28,257 nucleotides of DNA from Acidobacteriota bacterium (GTDB lineage: Bacteria > Acidobacteriota > UBA4820 > DSQY01): positions 1-28,257 of the forward strand of contig JBMFSH010000033.1 in assembly GCA_049967655.1 (NCBI GenBank), given 5' to 3'. The position numbers and the translations under genes are program-made. Under the pieces are notes generated by a model. It was not told the DNA's origin, did not search any database, and saw nothing but the letters and a program-made list of their open reading frames with translations. Every line of letters starts with the position of its first letter. The stretch's first letter is position 1. Below are positions 26,802-28,257 of this stretch, one piece after another.

Positions 26802-28102
26802 TGGCCGAGAAGGCCCCTGAGGCCGGCGTCTCTCACGATGGTGTGGGCGCGGTCGGGGCCGGTGGAGAGGATGGCCACCGGAACGCCCGTCAGCGCCTCC
26901 AACCGGTGGACGTAGGACTTGGCGTTGGAGGGCAGAGCGTCCCAGTCGGTGGTGCCGTAGATTTCCCGGCGCCAGCCGGGAAGCGTCTCGTAGACGGGGA
27001 TAGCGGTCTCCAGGATCCAAGGCGCTGCCGGGAAGTCGGTCAGGCGCTCGCCATTGACGTCGTAGGCCACGCAGACCTTCACCTCGTCGAAAGCGTCCAG
27101 CACGTCGAGGAGCGTGAGGGCGATCCCCTCCATGCCGTTGAGGCGCACCGAATAGCGGGCGGCCACCGCGTCGAACCAGCCGCAGCGCCTCGGCCGGCCC
27201 GTGGTGGTTCCGTACTCGTGGCCCCGCTCCCGGATGAGGTCGCCCGTTTCGTTCTTCTGCTCCGTGACGAAGGGTCCCTCGCCCACCCTCGTGCAGTAGG
27301 CCTTGTAGACGCCGATGACCGTCCGGATGTCCGTGGGTGGGATGCCCAAGCCGGTGCAGGCCCCTCCCGCCGTGCTGTTGCTCGAGGTGACGAAGGGGTA
27401 GGTGCCGTGGTCCACGTCCAGCAGCGTCCCCTGGGCCCCCTCGCAGAGCACCCGCTTGCCCGACCGGATGGTCTCCTGAACCAGCGCCGCCGTGTCGGTC
27501 ACGAGGGGCTCGATCTCCGGGGCCATCTCCTCGAAACGCCGCACCACCTCCTCGGGAGCGATGCCGTCGTGGCCGAAGACCGCCTTGAGGTGGCGGTTCT
27601 TCGACTCAGAGAGGCGGACGAGCTCGGCCCTGAGCAGGTCGGGATTTTTTAGAAAGACGGCCCGCACGCCCTCCCGGTTGTACTTGCTCTCGTAACAGGG
27701 GCCGATGCCGCGCCCCGTGGTCCCGATCTTCTCCGAGCCCCGGCGTTGCTCCCGCAGTTGGTCCAGCAGGACGTGGTGGGGGAGGATGAAGTGGGCGCGG
27801 TCGGAGATGCGCAGCCCCCGGAGGTCAATGCCCGAAGCCTTCAGGCCTCGGATCTCCGTGACGAGGGCCTCCGGGTCGATGACGATCCCGTTCCCGATGA
27901 CGCAGGTCTTCCCCGCGGCGAGAATCCCCGAGGGCACCAGGTGCAGTGCGTAGCGGTTCCCCCCGATGGTCACCGTGTGACCGGCGTTGTGCCCGCCCTG
28001 GTAGCGGCCCACGAGGTCCGCGGCGTCCGAGAGAAGGTTCACGATCTTGCCCTTGCCCTCGTCTCCCCATTGTCCCCCAACGATGACCATCGGCATCTGC
28101 AT
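26798..28102 (-). CDS. purA: Adenylosuccinate synthetase
   Basis: GGQWGDEGKGK, GGHNAGHT, IGTTGRGIGP, EGAQG, GTYPFVTSS, GTTTGRPRRCGWFD. Confidence 0.98.
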   Translation of the reverse strand: MQMPMVIVGGQWGDEGKGKIVNLLSDAADLVGRYQGGHNAGHTVTIGGNRYALHLVPSGILAAGKTCVIGNGIVIDPEALVTEIRGLKASGIDLRGLRISDRAHFILPHHVLLDQLREQRRGSEKIGTTGRGIGPCYESKYNREGVRAVFLKNPDLLRAELVRLSESKNRHLKAVFGHDGIAPEEVVRRFEEMAPEIEPLVTDTAALVQETIRSGKRVLCEGAQGTLLDVDHGTYPFVTSSNSTAGGACTGLGIPPTDIRTVIGVYKAYCTRVGEGPFVTEQKNETGDLIRERGHEYGTTTGRPRRCGWFDAVAARYSVRLNGMEGIALTLLDVLDAFDEVKVCVAYDVNGERLTDFPAAPWILETAIPVYETLPGWRREIYGTTDWDALPSNAKSYVHRLEALTGVPVAILSTGPDRAHTIVRDAGLRGLLGQ

Positions 28103-28169
28103 GGTGCACCCCTCTGAAGTCCGCTCCAAGTATATACCCGCGACTAGCCGTCCAAAACAGACCGCCTGG

Positions 28170-28257
28170 CCCCAAATTCTGCGATGGAAACGCGGGTGCC
28201 TCCGACTACCGCTCGGGTTCACCGGGGAAAGGCGTTGTCTCCTGGACGGGGAGGGCC
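28170..28257 (+). repeat. Partial copy of the CCCCAAATTC-terminus repeat, truncated by the window end
   Basis: 78/88 identical to the reverse complement of 56-143. Confidence 0.85.

Overview
GC-rich bacterial chromosomal segment, probably a whole contig because both ends stop inside copies of one repeat. A diderm lineage such as Acidobacteriota is plausible from gene content and order, but this is only an inference. Coding content: a sigma-54-driven DUF3300 gene with a repetitive tail (+). On the minus strand: an ABC-2 exporter, a C69 dipeptidase, an FHA-domain sigma-54 activator, lpdA-sucB-sucA, prs, tRNA-Gln(UUG), and a tightly coupled operon purA - alkaline-phosphatase-superfamily protein - envC - degenerate ctpA - yibQ-like - Ser/Thr kinase - lipoprotein - ispE - spoVG. 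The unusual material is intergenic. (1) The last 25 codons of lpdA are duplicated with only synonymous differences, and each copy is followed by a unit of a structured repeat family with covarying hairpins and a conserved GAGCGAGC-N2-4-GCGAGCGA end; this family recurs at a second locus. (2) A divergent module runs activator <- tandem enhancer-like sites -> sigma-54 promoter -> structured leader -> 7-Cys mini-protein. (3) There are nested MITE-like elements with target duplications and a REP doublet. (4) Inverted 7/8-bp tandem-repeat arrays sit at operon junctions.
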